DNA from: Asterionella formosa
Lineage: Eukaryota
Length of the DNA: 64,000 bases
Direction of reading: 5' to 3'
NCBI GenBank assembly: GCA_002256025.1
Contig: NKIB01008387.1
Span: 1-64,000 of the forward strand
The notes beneath the pieces were generated by a model. That model searched no databases. It was not told the origin of the DNA and saw only the letters and a program-made list of their open reading frames with translations. This document shows, in pieces, positions 1 to 11,850 of the stretch. The position numbers were made by a program, and so were the translations under genes. Position 1 is the stretch's first letter. Each line of letters starts with the position of its first letter.

Positions 1-283
1 GGAAGAAAGTGTCAACTCCACAGTTTTGAGCAGCAAGGAGAAGAGCTTGACAGAGTCCACTGAGAGTGTAGTCCTTGAGGGGATCATTAGCATTGGGTCC
101 CCGGTAGAGCCGTTTAGGTTCTTTATTACAGTATTCAAACAGACTGCGTCGTTCCGTAGCATCACCAAGCCGAGCTTGATAAGGTGACCACTGAGGGCGG
201 CGGGCGACAGAAAAGTCATTGTTAAGGGTTCCACCAGAGTAACCAGAACCTAGGCGATCAACATGTCCAAACTTGGTAGCCAT
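1..283 (-). CDS. N-terminus of a probable Ty1/Copia gag ORF, running off the left edge
   Basis: Open frame from ATG at 283 to the window edge (MATKFGHVDRLGSGYSGGTL...PYQAR...CGVDTFF), downstream of an LTR and PBS on the minus strand. It is absent from the ORF track because no stop lies inside the window. Gag identity is inferred mainly from position. Confidence 0.6.
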   Translation of the reverse strand, partial: MATKFGHVDRLGSGYSGGTLNNDFSVARRPQWSPYQARLGDATERRSLFEYCNKEPKRLYRGPNANDPLKDYTLSGLCQALLLAAQNCGVDTFF

Positions 284-300
284 TGTAACAGAAGAAAAAA

Positions 301-515
301 AAGGAAGTATTCAGAAGTAAATAAAGAAAGGGCTGGTCGAAGAAGACTACCGATGGAAGTAATGTAAATGAAAGAAGGAAGTATTCAGAAAGAATGAAAG
401 GGCCAGTCGAAGAAGACCACCAATGGAAGTAAAGCAAATGAGAGAAGGAAGCAATTAGAAAGAAAGGAAGTGCTAGTCAAAGAAGACTACCGATAAAATT
501 AAAATAAAAGAGAAG
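301..515. repeat. ~70-74-bp tandem repeat, 3 diverged copies, in the Copia 5' UTR
   Basis: Units start AAGGAAGTATTCAGAA or AAGGAAGCAATTAGAA and contain GTC(G/A)AAGAAGAC(T/C)ACC. Confidence 0.8.
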
Positions 516-544
516 AATAAAGGAAATATGATGTTGGAAGGTTT

Positions 545-558
545 GGGCTCAATAACCA
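545..558 (-). promoter_or_regulatory. Primer-binding site, half-tRNA(iMet) type
   Basis: Minus strand reads TGGTTATTGAGCCC 2 nt after the LTR end. This matches the complement of the tRNA-iMet anticodon arm (GGTTATGAGCCC) with one extra base. Confidence 0.65.
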
Positions 559-560
559 CT

Positions 561-1174
561 TGAAAGTGTTATGGAAACTGTAGATAATTGAAGAATAGTA
601 ACTTAAATGAAGGCTTGTAGACTCTATGTTTCGGAAGAAAGTGAGCTAAATGTTAAATGATAAAAGTAGAACAAGCTACTAGGAGTTGTCGCCAGTTGAC
701 AACAGTCAAGTTGGAGAGACAGGAAATTATTAATATTGGAGTTACCACGATGGACATGACTGTTGTGGGACCGGAACTTGTTAATAGGGGGCGGAGTAAC
801 CATGATGGACAGGACTGTTGTGGGACAAGAAAATAGTAATAGAGGAGAAACAACAGTCTTGGCAGGGCTGTTAAGAGACAGGAATCTAGTAGTAGGTGGA
901 GTATCCACGATGGGCAGAGAGGTATAAGTTGGTATTTAACTACTGGCTAGTAGTACATTTACCTAGTACCGGTAATAACCTACATAACATGAAAACTGGG
1001 AAGAGGGAGCTTTTTTACCGGTAAGTGTGAGTTCTTCATGTGATGTGTACAACCGTAAAACTTTGATCTCAGATGGATGACATTAGACACCACAAATATC
1101 CTTACTATTTCATTAAGTAAAATGCGTGTTGTGAATGTATTAGCCTCAAGAGCAGGATCTTAGTTGAACTTTCA
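561..1174 (-). mobile_element. 5' LTR (~614 bp) of a Copia retrotransposon
   Basis: Bounded by a perfect 7-bp inverted repeat TGAAAGT...ACTTTCA (TG...CA), followed on the minus strand by the PBS and gag-like ORF. The partner LTR is outside the window. Confidence 0.65.
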
Positions 1175-1547
1175 AATGAATTATTTGAAACATCAACTTA
1201 TTCAGTCTCGCGTTCAAGATTCATTGTGAAAACTTCACATGAAACAGTTAAAACTTCACATGAAACCGTTAAAAGTAACCTTTTTACGTGAAGAGTGGCA
1301 TTAATGCATGTGAAGTACCACATAATTAACACTCGTACGTAGACGAAATTTCGAAAAGTCAAATGAATTATTTGAAACATCAACTAATTCAGTCTCGCGT
1401 TCAAAATTCATTGTGAAAACTTCACATGAAGCAGTTGAAACTTCACATGAAACCGTTAAAAGTAATCTTTTTTACGTGAAGAGTTGCATTAATGCATGTG
1501 AAGTACCACATAATTAACACTCATACGTAGACGAAATTTCGAAAAGT
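1172..1547. repeat. Tandem duplication of a ~187-bp unit (2 near-identical copies)
   Basis: 1172-1358 and 1359-1547 both read TCAAATGAATTATTTGAAACATC...GACGAAATTTCGAAAAG, each with an internal doubled AAAACTTCACATGAA motif. Confidence 0.95.
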
Positions 1548-2212
1548 GGCGTATTTCGCGGCTTAGATGCATGATATTGGAAATGAGGTCAATGACCTGG
1601 AAGGTGTAGGTGACTGGTGTGTCAACTGTGTCAAGCAATATAGCTACAAATTCCTAGTACTCCATTCAGTCCATCAAGAGAGAGGATGGGTTTGCGGAGG
1701 AAAGGGTAGTTGTTGTCATGGGTGATGACTAGGATAGCTTTGGCATGACTAAGGGATTCATTTTTTCTTTAAGTGTTGGGTCTTGAAAAAAGATGCAAAA
1801 GGGTGGTCCAGGTTGTAGGTTCCATCAGGGTGTGTTGGTGGATTCTCAGCATCTTCCTTGAGCCATTTTGTCATATGGTCGCTTTTTGGGGTCTTTATTA
1901 ACCATGTTGCTATCCCTGCCGTTTTGCGTGTTTCCTTGGACTAGGAGGCCTTCATACACTAGTTTAGTGGAATGGAGAAAGCCAAAGAAAGAAACGAGTT
2001 TGAGGAACCACAAAGAAACATCAGGACTGGTGCAATGATATCATGGCGACCTGATAAAAATAAATTTGTGAGTGCAAGACCAGAAAGTGGGCACTGGATG
2101 TGCAAAATTTCGACTGGCGTCTTTGGCCTGAGTAGCCGACCATTGCTATTACGGGTATTGCTCCGCCCAGCAATTCCAGCTCCAGCTATCATCTTGCCAT
2201 CTGGGTACTTCT

Positions 2213-2490
2213 AAGTAATTTTAGGCTCTAAGTAATTTCTTAAGTAATTTTTATTTAGGGGCAATATGGGGCACATCGAATTTTTCGGCATTAAAATTGC
2301 CGATTTTAGCATGACAGCCAGATTAACGGTAGTATGCATGGAGATCATGGTACAACAAGCAAGCGTAAAACACACGAGAATGATTGTAACAACATGCAAC
2401 ATCAATGAAAATTGAACATGATGTTTGGAGCAACCAAAGTATGAAATGCGATGTAATAGGTAGCATCAAATGAGAAATAGAAAAAATTGT
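2213..2490. repeat. Dispersed repeat; inverted copy of the family at 40730-41125 and 41330-41945
   Basis: Its reverse complement shares TTCATACTTTGGTTGCT, TTGTTACAATCATTCT, TGCCGAAAAAT and TGCCCC-TATTGCCCCTAAA blocks with those copies. Confidence 0.75.
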
Positions 2491-3582
2491 TTTGGGTTAG
2501 AAATGAAGTAAAAAATAGCTAGGAGTTTCAATGGAGATGTATGCATTGTGAATCATTGTAGTACTTACACTGGCAACATTGACTTTCGATCTGCTCTTAG
2601 AAATGTAACATGCAGCAGACGATAAGCTCATAAGAAAGTCGAAAGTTCCTTTTGTAAGCCCGAATTCTTGAGCAACGTCAGGCAGGCAGGATAGAGTGAG
2701 AATTATAATTGTGAGGACGAAATTGGGCATACGGTACGTAAAATCAATCAATATGTGAACAATATAATATTACATTCTGGTCTCGTAAAAATAATACCGA
2801 GTCTGATGAAATATGGACAATACGACTACATGAATCCCTCAAGAAGACAAGCAATCCAGCAACCAACCACATCCTTTAGACAACGAATCGCTACTGGCCT
2901 CATCGCTGCACTGATTTTGCTTCAAACCTGTCATGATGGATGACGATTGGCATGGTGAAAGGTAAATTACCGGACTCCACTTTTCAGGAGACGAACAAAA
3001 ACGAGGTGAATTCTAGAAATAAAATATTAAAATCTGTATAGTATAATAAATGGATTCCTTAAGTAGACCCCTTGCCAATTTCGGCAATCCCAGGGCTGGA
3101 AAACCGAGGGGCAATTGCTACAAATTGTAATGCCAAAATGCGAACATAGGAAATATACAAAATATATTTTAATGATGGGTAATATCGGACCCATTGCAAA
3201 TTTCGATGTTAAGATAGGAAATATACAAATATGATGGGCTATACTAGCGAGCTAAAATTGTCATTTACACTCGATGAATGGGCAGTAGGTAAGCAAATGG
3301 CAAGACGATAGCTAGTTTGTGAATTGCCTCAGCAATACCCTTCTCGGTGGCTACATGCATTCTCGTACACATGTGTACTCGCTGGCATGAGACCACCTCG
3401 GGCGTGTATTGCCTTCAGCAATGCTTGATCACAATTCCGAACATTCGGTCGACTTCCAGAAGTATGTTCGTACACCTGTAGCATAGTTGGTTCGAATTGG
3501 TCGTCTCGCAATCGATCATATCAGACATAGTACCTGTAGTTACCGGTAGTATGGTACGTGGTACGTGGTACCTGGTACCTGG

Positions 3583-3780
3583 TGAGCGATCCTGCACATC
3601 GATACAGATGTATATAGGGTTAGGGTTATATCAAATACATCAGAACTCAATGATGAGAGAACTCAACTACACCTCTTGTATACTGTGATGTCAACTTAGG
3701 AAACGAGTTGTACATAAGAATTAATTAATAAGCTCATATAATCAACAAATACTACTACTTCTAGCTGGTTAGATACTTCA
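3583..3780 (+). repeat. Gypsy 5' LTR (198 bp)
   Basis: TGAGCGATCC...GATACTTCA; differs from the 3' LTR by about 6 substitutions and 2 indels (counted by eye). Confidence 0.95.
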
Positions 3781-3819
3781 CTTTGAATTCAAAAAGAGTC
3801 CGATTTGAAGAAAACGAAC

Positions 3820-5166
3820 ATGGCAATGTATTCAAGGGTTCCTGTCGTTCCTTTGATCAAAGATTACAATGTATTGACTATCAAGACTAAAACATTCATA
3901 GTTGCTTTAACCGGTGGAAGGTTTGAATCGTTTGATCAAGATATAATCGATGGAAGCTCTGTGGAAGCATTGTTGATTGGAGTGAATCAATTTCGTGACA
4001 TGGCTAGCACATGTGCCTTTAGCCCTGCAGATACCTTTTCCTAATTTAAAAGGTGTTTGACCGACATTGCCTTATCGAATTGGTTGAATGTGGAAGTACA
4101 CCCAGAAGATCAATCCTATGATGGTTTCGATGAAGCAATGACTTTATGGTTAGATGATTGTTTACCAAATGAGAGTTTTCAACGTCAACGACAATAGATG
4201 CTACTCTACTTGTCTAAACCCTTTTCTATGCTGGTAATGGATATCAGAGCTCGTATTAAAAGTTTGAACAGGCTACTTCAACTAATGCCTCATCCAGAAG
4301 ATCAAAACGGATTGTAAAAAGAAGATATGCGGATTATCATCATCCGTTCTATGCCCGAGTGGCAACAAGAGTTTGAATTGAATCATGCTAAAACTTCAGA
4401 CCAATCAATTCACTCGGTTCTCGCTTACTTCGAGAGTCAACAATCGTTTAAGGATCGAAACAAGCACCTTCCCGAGAACATTTTTCAAACAATCACGCAA
4501 AATCGTCTTCGTATTGCTGAAGGCAATCGTGTGATGCGTCAAGAAAACGAGCGTGTCAGTCGTCAATTCTACAACGATAAATTTACTCCAAGTGGTCGTG
4601 GAAGAGCGCGTGCTATTGTCAATGCAGCTGGTCGCGCATGGGATTGTCAGGCGACTGTTCGTCATCAAGCTCTACAAGCCAGTCGTACGTACCATGATTA
4701 TTGTGGCCCTTGTCCGGTACATCCTGAAGGTACACATACTTGGGGCAATTGTTTTCAGAATCCTCGTACTCAACGTGGTCGAGCAGGTCGCATGGCTGGT
4801 CGTCATAATGGACGTTGTCGTTCCAGTTTCGGTAGATGAGGACATTTTGGTGGTCGTGGAGGCGGTTCAGACAGTAATCCTATGGAAAGCTACCATACTG
4901 ACACTGCTAACCCTGTGCCTGTTCCACATGCTCGCATGTTAAATACATGGGGTCATAATATTCATCCATATGGTTTGGGTACGGTTCCATGTGCCGATCC
5001 TACTGAGAATACATCTGCCCAGGAAATTGCAGTGGTCACGAACCCTCCTGCTGGTCAGATAGTGACTTTTGTCCCTACTACACAACAGCAGATTGCTGAT
5101 CGCCATTACAGAGGTATGGTCGATAATAGCGATACTATTTATAATGACTTATTTATCTCACATTAG
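3820..5166 (+). pseudogene. gag: Gypsy gag, with several stops and frameshifts
   Basis: Fragments include RSMPEWQQEF, a zinc knuckle CPVHPEGTHTWGNC (C-x2-H-x4-H-x4-C) and RG-rich tracts. Confidence 0.75.
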
Positions 5167-8100
5167 TCATCACCTGAATAATATTGTTTATTTACAGGTT
5201 GAATACACTAGTATGGAAACCGCTGTTGCTGTAATGCGGGATATATATAAATGCATCGATGGACATGATGTTCCACATACATATCAGGGCCCAATTCCGG
5301 TTTCCTATTTTGCTTCTAAGGCTATATTAACGTCAATTGATCTGATTCCGATGTCTCTTTTTGCGCCTCGATCGGTGGATGCTATGCCTATCCATAAAAT
5401 ACTACAATTGTTATTTGATAGTGGAGGATCCTTATTCTTAATGCATGAACGGGTCATGCCTCAAGGTATTTCTTTGTCTAACGAGACTTCCCAATTAACA
5501 CATATTCATCTCATGCCGGTGTTATTTTATATGACCTGATTCTACCTGAATTTAATCGATCTGCTCGTATTTTACAACAAAAGTGTCAAGTTTTTAATGG
5601 TCTATGCACATTTGATGCTATTTTAGAACGTGATTTCCTTCGTCAAGTTGATTTAACCATTGATATCGTAAATAACACTATGTCTTGTATGGATATGACT
5701 GTTCCTATGCATTCTCTCACATTCTTTGATGATGGAGAACGTTTACGTGATGTATTATTGTATTTTGATGCACCTATGATTGTGGAATCTTCATATGCGC
5801 TGAAAATTAAAGCTACTGAATATAATTATGTGAATATTGAAACAGTAGTGAATAAACAGATGCATTTAACAACAATGCAACGGTCATGTTTACGAACTAT
5901 ATTGGTTAAATATCAAACATTATTTGATGGAAGATTAAAAGTTTATCCTCATAAACAGGTACATTTGGAATTATTATCAAATGCCATCCCTCGTCATCAA
6001 CGAGCATATCCTATCGCTCATATTCATTTAGAAGTTTTTAAAACCGAATTACAACGATTGTTTGAAAATGGAGTCCTACAAAAATGTGGTGCTTCTAAAT
6101 GGGCGTCTCCCACTTTTATTATTCCAAAAAAGGATGGAAGTGTCCGATGGGTATCAGATTTTCGTGAACTCAATAAAGTCATCAATCGCAATATATATCC
6201 TTTGCCTCGAATAAAAACTGTTCTCACTAAACTTTCTGGATATGTATTTTTCACCAAATGGGATGTTTCTATGCAATACTATACTTTCGCATTAGATGTG
6301 GAGAGTCAAAATTTATGCGTTATTTCCACTCCATTTGGTTTATATAAATATTTACGGTGAAACAATCATCTGATACTGCACAAGAAACTATGGAACAGAT
6401 TCTTAGTGATTTAGATGATGTGGAAATTTATATTGATGATGTGGGTTGTTTTTCAGTGAATTTTTCGGATCACATTCATCTATTGGACACTATTTTACAT
6501 CCTTTACAGACAAATGGTTTTACAATTAATACATCTAAGTGTGAATGGGCAGTCCAAGAGACAGATTGGTTCGGCTATTGGTTAACTCCTAATGGACTGA
6601 AACCTTGGTCTAAAAAGGTCCGAGCATTGATTAATATGTCTTCACCTACCAATCTTAAACAAGTCAGATCATTTCTTGGTGCTGTTACGTACTATCGAGA
6701 CATGTTTCCTTGACGATCTCATGTTATTGGACCACTTACAGATTTAATTGGAACTAGTCCATTTGTCTGGTTACCTATACATCAACAAGCTTTTGAAGAA
6801 ATGAAAGCGTTGTTGGTAGCAGATACACTCATGCGTTATCCTGATCATAATCTTCCTTTTCATATCTTTACTGATGCCTCTGATCATCAATTAGGGTCGG
6901 CCATTATGCAAAATGATCTCCCAGTTGCTTATTATTCTCGCAAATTATCTACTGCTCAATAGAATTATACTACTATTGTAAAAGAATTACTTTCTGTGGT
7001 AGAAACTTTCAAAGAATTTCGCTCTATGTTATTGGGTGCAGTTCTACATATTCACACTGACCATCGAAATCTTATTTATAATACTTTACATACTCAACGT
7101 GTTCTACGGTGGAGACTTTATATTGAAGAATATCATCCTACTTTTCACTACGTGAAAGGGACTGACAATGCTATTGCAGATTCCATCTCTCGCCTCCCGA
7201 GGCTTGAGTCTTTGGTGGGGGATGATATTGGACCGAAATCTCCAGTATCAACATCCACTTCTACCTTTTCAATTGAATTAGATTATGAACCTTTGCTTGC
7301 ATGTTTCCTTAATCATCCAATCTTGACAGACAGTATTCAATATCCTCTGGATTATAATTTAATACATGATAGACAACTACTGGATATACAATTGATTCTC
7401 AATCAACAAACACATCCGTTAAAATTTCCCTCTATCAACTTTCATGATATATTTTAAAAATGTGTTGTGAAGAATCCAGGAGATACTTGGCGTATTGCTA
7501 TTCCTATATCATTATTGGATCCTATTATTAATTGGTATCATCAGATGTTAGCTCATTTGGGTATGACAAGATTAAATGCTACAATTGCTACTCATTTTTA
7601 TCACCTTACATTAAAAGCAAGAGTGGAATATATTGTAAGAGTATGTGAAGGCAGCATGTCAACGTACAAAATTACCTGGTACTGGTTTTGGTGAACTTCC
7701 ACCCAGGAATGCATTGTTATTACCATGGTCAGAAGTCACAGTAGATTTAATTGGTCCATGGAAGATAACAGTGGCTACTCAACCAATTGAATTTCGTGCT
7801 CTAACTTGTATTGATCCGGTCACCAATTTGGCAGAAATTTCACGTATCAATAATAAAACATCAGAATATATTGCAATGAAATTTGAAAATGATTGGTTAG
7901 CCAGATATCCCCGTCCAGAACGTTGTATACATGACAATGGAGGTGAATTAATGGTGTTCCTTTCTTACACATGTTAGTATTGAATGGAATTAAAGATGTG
8001 ACTACTACAGTCAAGACACAAGCAAATGCTATCTGTGAACGTTTACATCAATCTATCAGTAATAGTCTACGAGTTATGTTAAAGGCTCATCCTCCAATGA

Positions 8101-8507
8101 ATGATTTTCAAGCCCAGAATATTGTGGATACATGTTTTGCAACTGCATCATATGCAGCTCGAACTATTATTCATAGCATATTATGTATTTCACCAGGCGC
8201 ATGGGTTTTTCAACGTGATATGATATCAAATATTCCTTTGATTACAGATTTCCAATTGATACATCATCGTCGACAAGTGATAATCGATGAAGGCTTACAT
8301 CGTGTTAATTTCCGTCGTCGATCTTATGATTATAAAGTGGGTGATGAGATTTTAATACTTTTGGATAATCCTACTTCTTTGGATGATCGTGGACGAGGTC
8401 CTTATTCTATTATTCAATTACATGCCAATGGTACAGTTACTTTTCAACGCACTATGCATTTTACAGAACGAATTAATATTCGTCGTATCAAACCTTTTCA
8501 TAGGTAA
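5069..8507 (+). pseudogene. pol: Gypsy pol (protease, RT, RNase H, integrase), fragmented
   Basis: Protease LFDSGGS; RT WASPTFIIPKKDGSVRWVSDFRELN and YIDD; RNase H TDAS and HTDHRNL; integrase H..LAH..C..C, VDLIGPW, HDNGGE and QANAICERLH. Confidence 0.95.
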
Positions 8508-8533
8508 AAGGTTTTCCCTTAAGTGTGGGAGAG

Positions 8534-8728
8534 TGAGCGATCCTGCACATCGATACAGATGTATATAGGGTTAGGGTTATATCAAATATATCAGAACTCA
8601 ATAATGAGAGAACTCAACTAACACCACTTGTATACTGTGATGTCAACTTAGGAAACGAGTTGTACATAGGGATTAATTAATAAGCTCATATATTCAACAA
8701 ATACTACTACTTCTAGTTAGATACTTCA
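8534..8728 (+). repeat. Gypsy 3' LTR (195 bp)
   Basis: Direct repeat of 3583-3780. Confidence 0.95.
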
Positions 8729-10458
8729 CCAGCTACCAGGTGCCAGATACCACCTCCTCCACCGCAACATGATCTGTGCATTTTATCATATATGTATTTA
8801 ACGCATGTGTATATGTATATGTATAATTTATAACACCACATCAGCAAATATATTTGTTTATGTAAAGGAATGTACCAGGTCCCTGGTACCAGTTGAAAAT
8901 GGCTTTGAGCCACTTCGAATGGCTTTGAGTCACTTAACGATATAATATTCACAATGTATACATATATTTTTTCTAATTTTCTAGTTATGACTTTTTTTGT
9001 ACGAAACGTTGTTCTTGAAGTTGCGCCGGATACAACATATCTACTCGTCGGATAAGGTTTGTGCTTTAGATAATCAGATAAATGGGTCGGAAAGTAGCGA
9101 TCGGCCCAAAAGTGGCAAAAAAATTATTATACCATTGAGCTGGCATCTCCCGGTAATACACATCTACATTTGTGTAGAAAACTGAATATCTAATATATAT
9201 TAAGTTGCGTTTAACCGCCATGGACGATGTACTATAGCAATAAATGAATCAATTAGTCACTCTTAGTAAATGAATGCAATATATATTGAAGGCCAAAAAA
9301 TGGAGCCATTTATCATGTCAGAGACCGTAATTCACGGCAGAAATTGCTTCCGACATACCAAAATTTTAGGCAAATCGCAGTCATCTCATTAAAAATGATG
9401 AAACCTACAGAAAGAAAACAGCCTCAACCACCCAAAAAGTACAAGGTGATACCTATTTCTTTGGATAAGACTGTAGTGCCAATTATTTAAAATATATATA
9501 GTAATGGAATTAGAAACTGCCCTACGGTTGTCAGGATTCAACAAGTAGGTTCTGGGTAATTATGAGCTTGATGATTAGTGTATCTATATTAGCTCCTAGT
9601 GCAAGGGGACTCACAAGGGTCTTGATGAGAAGGGCATGTACTAGGTGTCAAGAGTCTTTGCTAGGTGTCATGTTTTAGCCTAGCATTGGTACGTCTATTC
9701 TAGAGATACATCTGTACAAATAGTTATCACGTAACATATAGCTGCGGGTACATAATAATGCAATATGTACTACGAGCTACATACTACTAGTAACGGTGTG
9801 TATAGCATCACGTACTAATCATGATCACTCTCGTGTACATGTATATGTACTAGTACGTATGGGTTCCATGGTAGTCGTGTGCATAATGTAAAAGGGTACA
9901 CCTTTCACTTACGGTTGACGTGGTATACATACACAGTGTGTATTGTGTAAATCTCTACAGTGAGAGTAAACAAGTATATGGTCTGTATAGAAGAGCCTAT
10001 AAGGTTAACGTTATATAGGACTTATACCATCTAATGATATAGTATATCTAGCGTGCTGGTACATACTGTACCATAGGTCAGAAACTTCTTGAAAGGCAAA
10101 TAACAATGGCAAACTACTATATGGTGCAATATCAAATATTGTTGCATCGAAGGCGGCTACATTGGCTTGGCTAACAAAACCTATAGTTCAGTACCATTTG
10201 TAGAAGCTAAATCAGGCGGGAAAGTCAACTAATTCACTAGTACAATTACCTGCTACTACCGCTATGACACTAAATGATTCACAGTCTTTGGCAGGACATA
10301 CCTCATCAATTTCTACCCTGACTAAAAATTCACCCCAACTCACAAAATGCAAGAGAGACTTACTCAATCAAAAGGAAAGACGCCGTGCTGCATTTGCTGT
10401 TGAAAAGGATGACTTTGTTGATCTAGTTTCAGAGGCTTGGGATGAATCCTTTGAGTAA

Positions 10459-11525
10459 ATAAAATAGTTAAAGGTAAAATTAGCTTTCACCATTACTACC
10501 ACTTTGCATATGCTTAGATACTGTCATTGCTCGACTTAGGGGTATGATCTATATACAGATATGGTAAGGACCCCATTTCTGGAGAAAAGTGGCAGGTATG
10601 TATCATAGATTCGTAACTATCGCAAAACTAGTCAAAAAAGGGGCTACGAAGCTTTTCAAAACGTCTACGATACATAACTGCCACTTCTCTTCAGAAGTTA
10701 ACTCCTGACGTTATGGGGTACACGGCTATATATTTTAATCGTTATGAAACCCCGTAGATGTAGAGCAATCCTCCTCTAAATAGTCGACCCGATCGGCTTT
10801 TTCAACAGTCGCCAAAATATTGGAATCAGAATTTGTACGTGCAAAAACGTTCTCGTATACTTGGAGTCTTGCGTAGGTATGTTTCGCTGAATAATTCTCA
10901 GTCCGAAAAGACTCCAGGGTAAGTTCCCGCGTCAGCCACTACACATATTCTGATTGGTTGAATTGAATTTATTCATCTGCTCCAGATCGACTGGAGTATC
11001 TGTAAAATTACGCCAGCCATACTTGAACCACATGTAATAGATGTACTGTGTACCGGTACCTGGTAGGTAAAATAAGTACTACCTGGTACCGTGAGTTTCA
11101 TCATCCATCGTCATCTACCAAGATTATGTACTACCGGCATCAGGTACCAGTACCCTGGTACACCGTTACTCCGGTATCGGTTTATATACCGGTAAATCTA
11201 CACGCAGCAACTAAGATTCAATATAAACGGATAAAAAATATCATGAGTATACATTTAGGAATACTCCTGATTTATGCATGTGTTTTGGCGTGTAACAAAA
11301 TTATTTCTACATTCAGCAACGTAGATATAATATAAACATTCAAATATCATTTTTGTTTGTTTAAAATGGAACTCTATCCATCTGGCGCCGACTCCTATTT
11401 AATTCAAATATTCAAATGGACACTCGAATCATGGGAACTCATAGCAGCAAACTCCTTGTTCCATGCCGTTTTTACAGCCCTAGCGACGTTTTCTCCATTC
11501 TAGGTTTAAGGCGAGGGCCGCAACC
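10459..11525. mobile_element. Non-autonomous Kolobok-like DNA transposon, copy 1 (left end truncated)
   Basis: 10459-10815 and 11439-11525 are inverted copies of 59139-59494 and 59050-59138; ends ...GAGGGCCGCAACC followed by TTAA. Confidence 0.8.
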
Positions 11526-11850
11526 TTAAGGTTGCTGCATTTCAACCCCTAGCTCGAGTTAGGGTTTATAAAATAATATTGAGTCAGACTAATTAACACC
11601 ATACTCTCCACATATAAATCAAATATGTATAACGCTCAACGGATCTTTCACCAATACACACCCTTTCCATATGCTTACATACAGTCTTCGGACAAAGTAG
11701 GGGTGTAGGTCAACTGTAGGTCAACTATAGGATCTGGTCAGAAACTGCAGAAAGGAACTTCGGTTTTTTAACTATGCTCAAAAGACTCGAAAATTGGGGG
11801 GAAATCTGTTTATTTGGCATAGTAAAAAAACCGAAGTTCCTTTCTGCAGT

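Larger units (their letters stand above)
3583..8728 (+). mobile_element. Full-length, decayed Ty3/Gypsy LTR retrotransposon (~5.15 kb)
   Basis: Paired LTRs at 3583-3780 and 8534-8728, a purine tract GGGAGAG before the 3' LTR, and domain order gag-PR-RT-RH-IN. Confidence 0.95.

Noticed and set aside
301..515. Spaced repeats superficially like a CRISPR array
   Set aside because: Whole units are homologous with no unique spacers, the context is eukaryotic, and there are no cas genes
5114..5197. Possible GT..AG intron joining Gypsy gag and pol
   Set aside because: Splicing gives an immediate stop in the gag frame, so it is unsupported in this copy
8933..9204. Possible TTAA-bounded MITE
   Set aside because: End complementarity is weak and AT-rich, and there is no second copy
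9529..10062. Possible solo LTR (TGTCAGG...GGTACA)
   Set aside because: No TSD, no convincing terminal inverted repeat, and no partner or PBS
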